Position numbers and translations under genes: made by a program
Part shown: in pieces, positions 40,395 to 54,953 of the stretch
Layout of the letters: every line of letters starts with the position of its first letter
Numbering within the stretch: the stretch's first letter is position 1
Notes under the pieces: model-generated
Database searches by the model: none
What the model was told of the DNA's origin: nothing
What the model saw: only the letters and a program-made list of their open reading frames with translations
Assembly (NCBI GenBank): GCA_028023455.1
Contig: JAQFVV010000004.1
Coordinates: forward strand, 23,064,001-23,128,000
Origin: Epiperipatus broadwayi
Taxonomy: Eukaryota; Animalia; Onychophora
Length of the DNA stretch: 64,000 nucleotides
Reading direction: 5' to 3'

Positions 40395-40475
40395 CCATCG
40401 ACCGGGACGCGAACCCACAACCGTCTGCAACCAACTACTTGCTTGCAAGTGGCTGCGATGACCACTCAGCTATAT
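40395..40475 (-). mobile_element. tRNA-derived SINE head (not a functional tRNA)
   Basis: A-box TAGCTGAGTGGT and B-box GGGTTCGCGTCCC on the minus strand; no convincing acceptor stem or cloverleaf. Confidence 0.6.
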
Positions 40476-40683
40476 ATTACTGCTAAGTAATTATTTCAGA
40501 TTGTGGTATTCGTGTTAATGATTTCTTAATGTTATTTGAATAAAATGCTTGTTAAATGATTTTAAATAAAATTTAAAAAATCAGAAATATAAAACTAGAA
40601 AAAAAAACAGGCATTATACCTTATATATATTTGGTTCATATTTAAATTCTTCGACTCTAACATGTTGCATTTTTATAAATATT

Positions 40684-41560
40684 CTTCAGAATATGACAAT
40701 ATCCTGGATCTATATCTTGATGATACAATGCTTTAATCACTGAAATGTTTATAGAATCGAATGCCTTTTTTGTAATCTACAAATGCAAAGCATAATGGCA
40801 ACTCATATTCATTGGTCCTTTCTATAGCTTCTCTCAATACTTGGATATGCAGACGAGTTGTAATCTTGCTAAAAATTTTGTAAAAACTGATAAAAGGCTG
40901 ATAGGTCTGTAATTTCTAATATCTTGTTTATCATCTTTTATAAATATTAATACTGCATTTTTCCAATTATTTGGTACATCTTTATCATTTAGACATTTGG
41001 TATATAACTTTGCCAAAATTCCATTTCTTCACCTGCTACTTTTAATATATCACTTATAATTACATCATTACCTGGAGCTTTTCCTTTCTTCATAGACTTA
41101 ATTGCATGTTTCACTTCATTTAAAATTCTGAGCAATTCAGAAGATATAATAGATGTAGGAGGTATTTGTTCTTTATTACTATATAATTCTTGATAGAACT
41201 CTTTTACCCATTTCATGATGTCAACTCTTTTTAATAATAGTTCCATCTTTTTTTCTTATTGCAGATGTTTCCTACCAATACCAAAATGTGGTTTTACACT
41301 AGACTTTTATTCTCTTCTACAGCCTTCCTTGCTAGTTCATAATTATATTTTCTTATATTATTATCAACTCTTTTTCATACCGTTTTACAAAATTTGAGAT
41401 ATTCAATCCTTTTTAAAGCAGTTTTTATATATTTTCATATTCCTTTTTTTTCTTCATTAATTCTCTAATTTCAGTAGAAATTTTATTGTTCGATTGTTGC
41501 AGTTTTTAAAAGTGTATCAGTTGTTATTAATTTCATTCAAATCTGAATCAAATTCAAAAT
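40684..41560 (-). mobile_element. RTE LINE fragment (endonuclease-RT linker and RT start)
   Basis: KWVKEFYQELY, MKKGKAPGND, NWKNA..DIRNYRPISLLS. 40690-40835 is similar to the inverse of 49250-49400. Confidence 0.85.
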
Positions 41561-41971
41561 CTACTAATACCTAAAATTGATTTGCAAGTTCTAATTTAAA
41601 TTCATTAGAATGTTTCTGAAGATTAGGAATATCAACTGTAAGCTTGCATTGGTGGGGCTACTATATGAAGAGTTTAGCCTCTGTGTAAACAGGTTGTGTA
41701 AACCAAATGATGTTCATGGAATGTTTAGTGATTTAAAACTAATTCTGCCCTATAAGATTATGGTAACTGTGGTTATTAAACAACCAAAGATACCAAAAAG
41801 TATGGATGCTGAATATCTATACAAGTTTGCAAGCTAATGAGCTTGAATTGAAAACATTACTGTTTTCATTTTGCCCTCAAAGCTTCATAGTTAGCTAATA
41901 AAGTAAAAGGTGGCTGCTGGAGAGTTGCATTAGATCCTAAGATCTAGATGCAGTGCTCTCAGATCCAAGAT

Positions 41972-42013
41972 TCCCCACTGATGAAAGTCATAAGCTAGAA
42001 ACTAGTCTGGGGA
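41972..42013 (+). ncRNA. Minimal type I hammerhead ribozyme, stem II one substitution from canonical
   Basis: UCCCCA-CUGAUGA-AAGU CAUAA GCUA-GAAA-C-UA-GUC^UGGGGA: 6-bp stem I, palindromic stem III ACUAGU, GUC triplet. The core-proximal stem II pair is an A-A mismatch. Confidence 0.65.
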
Positions 42014-45000
42014 TATTGGATGAATATGCACTAGATAGGGATTTTATGCACAAACATTCTTGCATCCATTGATTATTCTGACTTGCACTGGTGATGCTAT
42101 TGTATGGAGAGTTTAACATTTGTTGTGTAAACTTGCAAGATTGTGACTTGTTAGCATGAATTTAATGACCTAAATTATGTACAAAAATCTATATTAAAAT
42201 TTAATACATTTTTTGAAAGTGGTCAATGATTCATTGAAAGCAATACTACACTCCAAAATTCTCAATATTAAATTAAAAAGCAGTGTAAATAAAAAATGAA
42301 TTAAAGTTCATGTAGATGAAAAACTAAAAAGTTTCCTGTTATAAAATGACATAATCTAGTGATTAAAAAAAAAAAAAAAACAATCATTATTTTTAACTGT
42401 GGTAAGCCAAGTTTTTTAAAAATTAATTATTGAAGATTAATGATGATTTTTTTTAAAAATTTAAAAATATGAAATAACTAAAAAAAAAAGTTTTGAATAT
42501 AAATAATTTTAGCAATCTGCATCAAAACCTTTTTTTTCTGTATTATTCTCTAGGGGCCCTTGTACAACATTTTGAATTATAGACTTACAAATGAAGTGTC
42601 TTCATTACTCAACTTTTAAAAAATTTAAAGAGAAAAAAAAAAAAATTAATTTAAAATTACAAAAATTCTACAAAATTTTCTGATATTCTTGTTCTATAGG
42701 GGTTACTGTGTCATTTTGGTAGTAGCAAATTTACAAATAGGTGGTTTCCCTCTCATTTTTAAAATATTTACAGGATATTAATTGTATGTTTTCATACTAT
42801 TTAAAAATATTTTCATGAAGTTAAATAAATATTTAATTGGCAGATGTTTTATGCATTAAATCAAGTTTTCTATTAACATCTAGTAATCTGTTTCATGGAC
42901 TATATCTAGCAAATTAGAAAGCTATAAACTATAAAAATCAAAATAATACTTTCCTCAATTTCTTTGCTTTTAAACATTTTCATATTTATTTCAGAGTACA
43001 AGTATTATTAACAATCCAAAATTTTGAAATTACTATGAACATGTTTTCTTCAAATTTTGTGATGTTTAACTTTCGATGAAATGCAATAAAAGAATATTTC
43101 AGGGTTATTATAATGATGGTGGACAACATTTCAATCCACATTCAAATCGTTTCAGTAAATTTTGGTTGTTTTTTTTTAAATACTTTCCATTTAATTTGAG
43201 AAAACCATTTAGTTAATTCACATGAGGGGAAAAAATGAAGGATGAAATCTTAATTTATCTTTGGATTGTGTTTACATAAAACTTTTTTTGAATCATTCTC
43301 TTCAAAAAAAAAAATCTTGTAACTAATTTTAAATGATTTTATTATAAACAACCAACACTAAAAAATATTTTTTCATTAAATCACAATTTTGATTGTTATG
43401 TGCAACTAAATAAAAACATCCGTAAATTATAATTAATTCAAGCTAATACAATTTGTGATCAAACTAAATATTCTAGTATTGCTTGAATTAATTAAGTTTT
43501 TCAATTTTTAGTGCAGTAGTTCTCAAATTGAAATTTTTTTTTTTTAAATTTATTTCTTCTCAAAAAATGTAAAACCATTATTAGCTTTTACATCCATGGA
43601 TTTTTTGAGTAGAATTTAATTTTAAATAAATTCTGAATAATAAATAATATAAGAACTGCATTAATGTTTACTATTGTTATAACTCAAAAGAATGAGAAGT
43701 TCATTGGATTATAGGGAGGGGGTTAAAGATAATAATTATCCTACAAAAAAAAAAAAATCTTTTAATTATTTGCAAGTTTTAAACAGTCTTAAATAAAAGA
43801 TGTATTATACCACAATTTGGAGGGCGGGTAGAAAAAAAGTATTTCCCATAAATATAAAATTATGCTGTTAATAAAAAATTTAATTCGTATTTATAGAATT
43901 CACATCTAACTGCATGAGATATTGGATTATAATTTTTTCCTAAATCATGCAAACCCTATTTTTAATTTTTGCACTTTAGGCAGATTTAAAAGTTAAATTA
44001 TTAAATTTTTCCTCGAAAAGAGTAAGTTGAGTACTTTGGTATTCCTGCTATATATTAAGTTTGCGATATGTTCAAAATAATGCTTCAAAGAAATATGCGA
44101 ACAAACTTAATTGAAACAATTTGTCCGCAGATACCACGGAAGCATTTTAAAGATATCACAAGCTTAGAATAATATATCATCAGGAGCAATACATAATAGG
44201 TATAGTATGAAAGTTAAAATCTATAAAGAAAATGGATATATTCGGTATAAAAAAAGGAAAAAACACATTACGACACATAGTTGACTTTTTAATATGGCAC
44301 TTTTTGTGAATTTATATTACAAGCCATCCTTTCCCCTCCTGGCATAATGCAGGACTTTGTGCCATCTTAAGCATCCAATATGTGTAATACCAAATTTCAA
44401 ATCTAAAAAAAAAAAAACAGTTTTAATAATGGAGATTATATTCATTATGGAAAAAGGAGAAATATGAAAAAGAACCCAGAAACATTTTTTAAATGGTGAG
44501 CTGAAACAAAGTTTTATCTGTAAATATATAGTTTTAAATATAACATCCTATTACATACAATGTGAAATTCTGTTTCCATTTATATTTGAAACAGAATTAT
44601 AAGCAAGTTAATGTTGTAAAAACATCTTTTGGAATGGTTTAATTAAATTGTTAAATTCTAACAACTTGGCAAGTGAAGTCCAAAGATAAAACACTGATTT
44701 TTTTATACAAACGCCGTTTTTCTTTCAGATTTAGTTCACAAGTCAAGCATTGTATCTGCAAGTTCTGAAACATTTACATGATGCAATAAAATGTAAACAT
44801 CTTGTTTTGTAGCAAAGAGTGCAAACTCCACCCCAATAGTGTCATCAGTGACACTTTTTAATTAAATTCAGCATGACCCACTTATCTATCAGTCATATTT
44901 TCTCATTCTTGCTTTGTGTGTTTTTTTTTTAATCTCTCGAATGAAAAAATGTCTCAATTTTTCTTTGCAGCCTGAGAAATGGTGGGGAAAAAATGATGAA

Positions 45001-46884
45001 AGTGTTAAAAGGCATCACTTTGCAAGTATTTCCGGACTACTTTGAAAAATAAAAACCATGTTTAGACTACTGTATTGCATCAAATGGATAGTAATTTGTA
45101 AGATTAAATTTATAACATGTATAAATAAATAAAACAATATATTTTAATATTATAAAATTCAGATTATTTTGGGGTCACCACTCATTTTAATTTTATTAAC
45201 AAAAATTCACCAACTTAAGATATGGATGTTCACTCTCATATATTTTTAGATATGTAATTCCTGTTCCTAGTCTCTTCAATATCATCTCTTTTAGTAAATA
45301 CAGAGCCCCATAAAATGAATGAAAAGTTAAAAAATTAATTTTGCAAATATTATCAGCCAATTAAATCAATCATGAATATTAGACTCCATACTATTATTAT
45401 CTAATTTTTGTGGCAAACTTTTGTCTAAAGTGTTCAACACTGCAAAATCATAGTTTTCCATTTGATTTCATTATGACAGATAATTTTTATAAGGCAAATA
45501 AAGACTGCCTTCAAAAAAACCATCCTGAAGTCTCACAAATTTTTTTTTTTTTATATTAAGTCTGCTACCACTCATTCACTTTGCATACCCAATAACAAAC
45601 AAAAAAGTGATTGGTTTTTAGGATGTTACCATTGTTTTTTAATAATCTTTTGGAATATCCTTAAATTACAATGATTATCAATAAAGCAAGTTATATATAA
45701 TGTGACATTGCTTTTATAAGCTTGTATTTACAAAAATGTAATACAGAGAGCATCAAACAAGCTCTTCATTGATATTTAAAATTTCTATCCGAGTATTTTG
45801 GATATTTTAAATATTTTCTCTTACCGCATTTATCAATTAAATTACAGTGGAATTATATACCTCATTTCATCATAATAAAACAAGTAAAATAACAGACACA
45901 AAAAATTTAACTACCAATGATGAAATGTACCACCCTATTTAATACGACAGCAGCATATTGGAATCTGTATCACTTTAACATTCAAGGTTGCTGCCTTTCT
46001 ATCCAAAAAGCTACCAAAATATTTAAATTGTTGTTCACTGGATGAAGTTTATTGTTTAAACAGACCTTATAGATTGCATTTTAAATCTTAAAAAAAAAAC
46101 AACCTTCGGTTGGCAATCTTTTCAAATGGTATGGAATCAAGGTGAAGTTTTTATTTTTGTTTCAAACATGACCAAATAAAAACTTCATTAAACATATAAT
46201 GCCAGATTCCTAGAAGGTACTTATTAAACCATTTATAAAAATTATGAAAAAAAGGAGATAGTACACATGTTGTTTATCATTTAAAACGCCTCAGATTTTC
46301 ACTATCAATGATTATGCTTTCTCTTGTTATATCAAAATTATATGAAACAAAGTCAATGAAAGCTATATAAATTACAACTTAGCTCAAGGAATTTTTTTGG
46401 CACTTGTTAACAATTAACAATGTCTGATTGAAATGGTTCAAAATTATCCAAAAACAATAACAGATGGTTCATCTGTGACTAGAAATTAGGTGTTCAATAC
46501 AATTTTAGTAATAACAGATAATTGCAACCTACAATTTGAATCCCCATTTTATTTTTATAAAATGGAAAAGGGTATGTTTTTTATCTTTAAATCTTCATTA
46601 CTGCTTATGAAGTTCTATATTCAATTTATTATTCAGCTAAACTGATATTCTTTTAAATCCAATCAACAAATAATTAACATTTACCAATGAGAATTCTTTT
46701 AATATATATTACAAACATATTGGTGGCCATATGTCAGTAATCACCTACTTGAAATTCTTGTTTCTAAAAAGATTCATACTTTTTCCAATACATTTGTTAG
46801 TAATAACAAAAAGGTTGCTATGGAATATTGTTCCATACATAAAAACCATTAATTTCACATTTTTTCTTTTCAAATCTTGTTATA

Positions 46885-48182
46885 CACATGGGTCTCGTTT
46901 TATGTGGATTTATTTAACGCGATTTTGAAGTTACACAATTCATGTTTCTTCGGAGGTCGAACTCCGCTAATGCGCTATTACTTTAAATAATAAATTTCGC
47001 GCACTTATGTCATAATGAAAGTAATAGCACATTATTGGAATTCGACTTTCATCTTAATAATTTCAATATTTTCAGTGCTTTATAATAGTAAGATTTTATG
47101 CAATAATGAAATTAAAATCATGATTTCCACATTTTATGTACACACATTAAATTTTACAAGATTATAATGTAAAGTTGTTCAAACATTGTGCGTGTTAATT
47201 TTGCATTTTAAATCACATTCTGTTTTTGCTTTTTAAAAAAGAACGTAATCAATTGTTAATCATTTAGTGTTCGCAAGTTTATTTTTAAAAGGTGAGTAAT
47301 AGCAGTGGGCACAATTAAATTTGACAATTAAAAATTAAAATCTGATTTTTAATTGTAATTAACAATTTAAAAATTACTTAAGGCGACCTGAAATTAATGT
47401 GATGTGAAACGAAATTTGATTTTTAAATGGAATTGAAAATTAAAAAATTAAAGACAAAAATAAGAATTTAATTTTTAGTTGTTAGTTTTAATTAAATTTT
47501 TCCCAGCAGTGTAGAAAAAAATAATGAAACAGAAGTGGAACCTGTTCCTTTCACTGCAAAAATGATTCGAGAAGGTCTTCAACTTTCTAATCAGTTGGTA
47601 AATTATTTTCTTATTAATGACACTAATCACGAACGTGCTCTTAAATTCCAACGAGAGCTAAATGGTTGTATGTCTGGATATCGCGAGCTTCATAAACAAT
47701 TAATAAAATCGTCTCAAAGATTAATTACTAATTACGTTGTCACCAGAAACCCATTAACACAACATGAGAGTGAAGTTGGCGCTAGTTGTATTTCCTCTTG
47801 TGAAGAATCTGATTTTTTACCAGTTTGCAAATGAACCTGTTTATCGGCAAATAGCGATAATAATTAAAGTGTGTATAAAAAAATGTAAATCACTGTGCTG
47901 TAAATTATGCATAAAAATATATTATTTTGAATAAAATTAAATATTATAGCTAAAAAAAGTTTGTCTTGTATCAATTTTTTTCAAATTTGAAATTTTTTAT
48001 TAGTCATATTTTATTTCCTTTTTTTTTTTGCGCAAATTTTAAAGTAATTTTACAATGGTGCTTTGCTTTTATGCGACTTTTGAAAAATCAGTCCGTATTC
48101 CCCCTTTTTCAAGGTAAGTTACGTCTATTTTTGCGCGTGTTTTCTGAGGAACCTATCTATCGCGTAAAACGAGACCCAGGTG
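46885..48182 (+). mobile_element. Tigger/pogo-like internally deleted element, 1298 bp, retaining the transposase C-terminus
   Basis: Same TIRs and TA flanks as 31308-32355. ORF 47535-47834 (..DTNHERALKFQREL..YRELHK..SQRLITNY) resembles Tigger C-termini. Confidence 0.9.
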
Positions 48183-49192
48183 TATTTTATAAACCACATG
48201 TCAATTTTGTTTCAATCATATTATACAGTCAATGATTATTCTTATATATAGTTTACAAATATTTGTTTACAAAGGATTTACATTAGCAATATAAAATATT
48301 TTCACAAATTATAATTGGGGGAGGAGGAATATTTAATAAAATGTTTTATAGAAATAATCCTTGACAATGACCATATAATATAATTGAAACATCGGAAAAT
48401 TGAAATAAAAAATAGTCCACAAACTAAAACGATAAAAAGGTGTATGAAATTAATGTTTTATAGGTGTTGAAATCAACAGGCCATATTTAGAAAGAAAATG
48501 GTGAAATACTTATATAAGTAATGGAAAAATTAATGAAATAATGATTTTAGGTAGTCTACCAAGCTTGTCAGCCATTTTTTTTAAATATATATATATACTT
48601 TCAGAAGCTTACAATCCCCTCCCCCCACCTCAATTTTATAAAAATGAATGTGTTAATTATTAAGCAGTCATATTTATGAAAAAAATATCCAATGCCTTTA
48701 TATGCGTTATTTTTAAAAATGGGTGAGGATTTTTCATTTCAGCGGCCTGAAATCACTAATAGCCTCCAAAATTGATAAAAATGAATATGCAGACACCACA
48801 TAAATTTGGCTAAATAGGAATCCAGGTGTTGTCATACGGTCCCCCGATGTTTTTTGTTTCACGATAATTCATATAAAGATGTTTAGGATATTATTTCCAT
48901 TTTTATATTAATAACTTTACTTAATACAAAAAATAATAATGTGTAAATATAATTAATTTTGCAGAAATTTAAAAAAAAAAAATATTAAATACAACTGCTT
49001 AACAACTAGCACATATTAGACCCTTAAAATTGTATATTTAAAAAAAGTCTGCCAAGTTTCGTAGACCAGATAATGCACATGTATGTGATTTTATTACACT
49101 GACTAGTATGTTATTAATAAATGAATGCAGTTTCAATTTTTCTAAAAAAAAATAAAATAGCAATTTCAAATGGGTGTTGAAAATAATCCAAT

Positions 49193-50368
49193 ATGTATAT
49201 AAGAGAACAAGCTGGATTTAAAAGTGGTTTTAGTACAGTAGATCATATCCAGGTGTTGAGAGAAGTTATAGAAAGGACAAATGAATATGAGTTGTCATTA
49301 TGTTTTGGATTTGTAGATTATGAAAAGGCATTTGATTCTATAAACATTTCTTCAGTGATTAAAGCATTGGATCATCAAGGTATAGATCCAGGATATTGTC
49401 ATATTTTAAAGAATATTTATAAAAATGCAACAGCAACAATTAGATTACATAATGATACTGGGAAAGTCAACATTGAGAAAAGTGTAAGACAAGTTGACTC
49501 CATATCTCCAAAACTTTTTACAGCAGTGCTGCAAGAAGTATTTTGTGGATTAAAATGGGAACCTAAAGGAGTGAAAGTAAATGGAGATTATTTAAGTCAT
49601 TTAGATTTCGCAGATGATGTAGTTGTTTTTGCAAATAATGATTCAGAGCTGCAGGATATGTTGCAGAAATTATCAGATGAAAGTAGGATTAAAGATAAAT
49701 GTTAAAAAGACTAAAGTAATGTTTAATCGATTTGCTCAAAATATGAAAATAAAGATTGATTATGATGAATTAGAAGAAGTTAACAGTTACAAATATCTTG
49801 GTCAGATTATTAATACAGATGGAAACATAATGGAAGAAATCATAGAATTAAACTTGGTTGGAGTGCTTTTGGTAGAAATAACTTGATACTAAAAGGAAAT
49901 ATGTCTATGTGTTTGAAAAGGAAGGTTTTTGACAAATGTGTTTTACCAGTTCTTACTTATGGATCTGAGACTTGGACACTTGATAGAAGAGCAATACAGA
50001 GACTTCAGACCACTCAAAGAAGTATGGAGATGTATGTTGGGAGTAACAAGAAGAGATCGAAAATGCAATGTATGGGTAAGAGAACAAACAGGTGTTACTG
50101 ACTTCATTGAAAAAATTAAAAGATTGAAGTGGAGTTGGGCTGGACATATTGCTAGAAGAGATGATAATAGATGGACAATTGAAATTTTAAACTGGATTCC
50201 AAGAGATTGTAAAAGACCCAGAAAGAGACGACATGTGAGATGGATGGATGAAATAAGAAAGTGTGCAGGGGTGATGTGGAGAAGAGAAGCTAAAAATCGG
50301 AGATGCATTAAACTTGGAGAGACTTTCATCCTGCAGTGGATTGATAATGGTTGATAATGATGATGATA
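49193..50368 (+). mobile_element. 5'-truncated RTE-clade LINE, RT domain to 3' end, frameshifted
   Basis: EQAGF..STVDHI, FVDYEKAFDS, VRQVDSISPKLF, HLDFADD, YKYLG, CVLPVLTYGSETW, KWSWAGHIARR, followed by a (gat)n-type tail. Confidence 0.95.
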
Positions 50369-53300
50369 TAAGTAAGATATTTTCATTACAAACCTTCAGA
50401 CAATCAATAATTATTTTAGTGTTTATTAGAATGCAATTATATATTTAGACTTATTAACAATCTGCATCTGTAATTTACTCATTTAAAAAAGTTCTACATA
50501 ATGACTAGTTTCTGTATCAATTATTTTTTGTTTTCAGGTCAAAAAAAAAAATTACAATTCCTGGGATGTCTAAAAAAAATTTAACACATCTACATAAAAT
50601 AAAATAAACAATACATCTGGTGTAGACATTATGCTGAAACTGAAAAGTAATCAATAATATAGCTCAGTTAAAAAGTTACAGCTAGAAAACAATAAATTTT
50701 TAAATTAAATAAATGCTTGCATAAAGAGCAAATTTTAAATTGAAATAAAACTTGAAACATTTGAAAATAACCTTAAAAAAAATAATATGGATATATAGAA
50801 TGTGAATTATATACTAAAAAAAAAAAAAAATTATTGCATAAAAAATTAATTTCCAAGTTTGTATGACTGCCAAAACCTTTATTAACAGTTTTGACTATTT
50901 CATATTTTGATAACAAAATATATTTTTTCACACTAAATATTTGCTGCTTTCATAAAGACAAAAGGCTTTAACATATTTTTAGATTTTTAGTTATTTTCTT
51001 TGTGAATTCCAATAAGCTAAATTTATTTTTAATTCTTTTATAACTTATTTGAAGCCAATGAATACATTTTACCCAGTCACTATAATTAAAATCATATTGT
51101 TGCTTCTATAGGCATTGACTGGGAAGATATATTACATTTTCAATCTAAGAAATAAATTGAGAAAAGAAAAAAAACATTTTTTTTTCTTTCAAGATGTAAA
51201 CAATTTATTAAAGAAATAATTCTAACATCTTCAATTTGAAATAGAAGTTTTTAGATATTTTCTGTTAATTCAGAATTCATTAAAAAAATGTTAACTTCTA
51301 TTGCCAAGTAAGTTGGATCTTTGCAAGTTAATGCTTTTATTTTTCTAAAGTAAAAACTTAAATTATTTTCTCAAGTTGTAATAATGCTTTTCATTCCTTT
51401 TAGTCTTACTAGAAGGCCTTTAAAATAAAATTCCTCAGCTTTAACAATAATTCATTAATCATCATAGTAAGAAAATTGTATCATGTTTTATATATTACAT
51501 TTTTCGATACTTTTTCTGAACATTTAAACTTTAAAAATATTAATTTCAATATAATCAAACATTCATTATTTTCTTTCCAAGAACTGTTTAAATTATAATC
51601 ATTTACAGATTTGGTCAGTTAATATTTTATCAATTCATGATCATAACATAACAGCTAAATGAAAAGAATGATCAAGACAGAATTTTTTTTTTTTTTAATT
51701 TTCTCAAATTAAATTAATCCTAAACTAAATATTTTTGTATTAGATGAATCATCAAATTGAATTATTTTCTTATTTTTGATATTTGCCAATTGCTTTATTT
51801 GTTCATAAAAAATGATAACTAAATTTAGAACAGATAAATGATCCATTAATAGTATATAATTTCATTTTAAAATTGATTCAGGAATAGAAAAAGTTACCAT
51901 TATTGTTACATTTGAGATACTCTTTTGCAGCTAATCTAGGTATAATTTCATTAAAATCACTATTTATATAATAAAATTGTCTGTTCAGTTTTTAAGTTTT
52001 TTTAAAAAACTAGGTTCCTTAATTTATTCAGCGAATTATTTTAAAACTGGACTTATGAAAATGCATTAAATGTCTTATAAATCCACTTGAACTTGAGACA
52101 TTACATATAATTTATCTTCTGCAACAATTACATTCACTATTTATCATGTTAACATTGAAATGTTTTCAAATTGATTTACTTTCATTTTGTTAAAAAGTAA
52201 AATATTGTATAATAATTTCCATTTTACTAAAAACAAATCAACTAATAGGTACACAATATTCCTTTTTTCTAAAAACAAATCAACAAATAGATACACAATA
52301 TTTCTATCTTTAGTGCATCATACTTATGACCATTATAATACATTTATAAAATGTTTATTACATACAATTATTTACGAGTTCATTAAAAAAAAAATCCCAT
52401 TATAAATCTATGTTATATTGTCACTGTGACATTAAAAATTTACGATAATCTTGTATATCATATCTGGGGGAGAAAAAAAACAATAAAAAATACTATTATT
52501 TGTCATAATTGCATATTTAAATGTTTTGAATTTCAAAAAAACTTTTCTTGGGATAAAAGACAAAGAAAAATGTCCAGGATAGAAAAATTATTAATTGCAA
52601 CAATCTCTTAATAAATTTATTAAATGGTGGATGCATCCAAACAATCAACGTTTTAGTATCATGTATTAACACTATCCAACAAGAATAAAAGCTTTTTTTA
52701 TTTTAACTATCTTACCAGTTCAAAAAAAATGGCATGAGTACCATTATTCAAAATAATTTTTATTAGTCTTTTGCTATTATAGATATAATAAACACTTCCA
52801 TACTTCCCCATTTTTTTAAAATTCATATAAATAAAGATATTAAAATTTTTATAAGACAGAGTTAGTCTCCCAGTGAATCTCTGAACTCTACTGAAGATAT
52901 TAAGCAATAAATTTGACACCCACTTTCGAAGGAAGATGTTTTATAGGTTTTGATTAAACATCAGTCAAAACACACACACAAGACAATTTTAATGAACAAA
53001 TAAGTTTCTGTATTCATTTAATTCAAAGTATGTAGTGTAAGAACAAAGATAATTTTATTTTTCAGATATATCACCGATTTTATTGTCAAACTAGATCTAG
53101 TTAAATTGTATAATAATTGGTCTTTTTTTAGAGGTTTATCATAGTTATTTTTTGGTTAAATCAAACATCTACTAGATTAATTTATACAAGTTTTCTTTTT
53201 GAGAGTTTTGCACCATTTTCAAATCAAGCATCTATTAATTTTTTGTGTGCTTAAACATGAAGATTGTTTATGAGATTACAGTTGGGGAGAAGATACCAAA

Positions 53301-54183
53301 AGAAATACTTTTTCTTTATGGCTAAAATGAAGTGATAATTTTCTGTATTTCAATCGAAACAATACATTAGTAGAAGCTCTGGAATTTTTGTAGACACCCA
53401 ACCACTAGCAGAACTGCTAAATAGTGAATGGAAAAATGGGAAACAAAAATTTAAAAAAAATGTGTTCTTTGGAACAAAATTGAATAAAAAATGTGTATTT
53501 TTTTATCAAAATAATATCATTGACAAATTTTCAACAAATAGTTTTGTATTAATAGTATCATCCCGCCTCCCTAATATAAAAGCTACATAGTATTAATGAA
53601 TATTTTTCTTTCCTATTATGAATTTAATATTCATAATAGACATAAATAGAGAAAAGTTATATTTTATTTTTTTTAAAAAAAAATCCAAATGCTTTTGCTA
53701 TGGGATTTTAAGTGATAAATGTTCAATTTGGAGCACTCTTTATAGGATAATAAGATTTTTTTTATTTTGTGACCTGTAGGAGTGAGAAAAAGTTAAAAAT
53801 CTGCAAATGCTTTGAATATTCACACACTTTGTTATTGGATTTTGTAAGATACAAATCAAATTTGGAATATCCTTTTATGTTAAGATGTTTATTTTTCTGC
53901 ATTTCTGAAAAGTAGCAATAATAAATGTAAATTGCAAAAATTTTTATTTTCTTTTTCTTCGAACATATCAAATTTCAATCACACACATTACTTTCTTTTA
54001 TTTTCATTTGTAAACAAAAAAAAAAATATTCCAACTATTTGTTCTATTAATTACTTGGTATTTTCAATAGTAATCTACAAGTACCAAAGCACATAATAAT
54101 TAATTACATTGGAACAAACTATTAACAATTTTTAAAGTGACAGTTTTTTATTGTCTATAAAGAAATCTAGAAGAAAAAAAAAC

Positions 54184-54953
54184 ATAATGGGACTAGGCAA
54201 ATCTGAAGCATCTTGATTTGGAAGCATGAAGTTGTTTTCTCCACTGTTTAAGTCCACTATTTCCTTTTCAAATTAACATATGTGAGATGTTGCGATTTAC
54301 AGCGAGTTAATATTACAATCTTAATGTTGGAAATTCTATAAACTATTGAATAGTAGTAATTAATTTATTGAGTGCACAGAAAGCACATGTAAATACTTTA
54401 AACAGACTTTAACCTGTGTTCAATGCGCTTTAAAATTCTTAATAATCAAGCATATTTTGCTGATAGAGGAACCTTCCAAACCAAGACACAAGATAGCGAC
54501 TTTTATAAAGATTAGAGCGGCCATCTTATCTTTAGCCTAAATGTCCACTTATATAGGCGAATCTTAAGCATCTTGATTTGGAAGCGTGAAGTTGTTGTTT
54601 TCTCCAGTTTAAATCCACTATTTCCCGTACAAATTAACATATGAGAGATCTTGCGATTTACAGCGAGTTAATATTACAATCTTAATGTTGGAAATTCTAT
54701 AAACTATTGAATAGTAATTAATTTACTGAGTGCACAGAAAGCATATAAGTGGACATTTAGTTTAAAGATAAATGACCGCTCTTTATAAAAGTCGCTATCT
54801 TATGTTTTTGGAAGGTCTCTCTATCAGCAAAATATGCTCGATTATTACGAATTTTAAAGCGCATTGAACACAGGTTAAAACCTGTTTAAAGTATCTACAT
54901 ATGCTTTCTGTGCGCTCAATAAATTAATTACTATTCTTCAATAATGGGACTAG
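54184..54953. repeat. Compound A-B-A'-inverted(B) repeat flanked by a 13-bp direct repeat
   Basis: A (~54197-54385) is duplicated at ~54557-54745, and B (~54352-54556) is inverted at ~54742-54935. ataatgggactag occurs at 54184-54196 and 54941-54953. Confidence 0.9.

Noticed and set aside
43103-43154. AG/GT-bounded segment encoding GYYNDGGQHFNPHSNRF
   Set aside because: Weak acceptor, and it resembles a decayed Tc1/mariner-type C-terminus (..GGQHFEHL). No partner exons.
44835-44855. CTGATGA on the minus strand with a short stem; similar isolated CTGANGA hits at 17986, 30208, 30568 and 56726
   Set aside because: No correctly placed GAAA box or stems I and III, so these are not hammerheads.
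52600-53450. WMHP motif reminiscent of the WGHP motif of mononegavirus L proteins
   Set aside because: A single short motif in heavily interrupted frames; downstream polymerase motifs could not be found.
54450-54485. CTGATAGAGGAACCTTCCAAAC, superficially hammerhead-like
   Set aside because: The core is non-canonical and the inverted copy does not preserve the stem.
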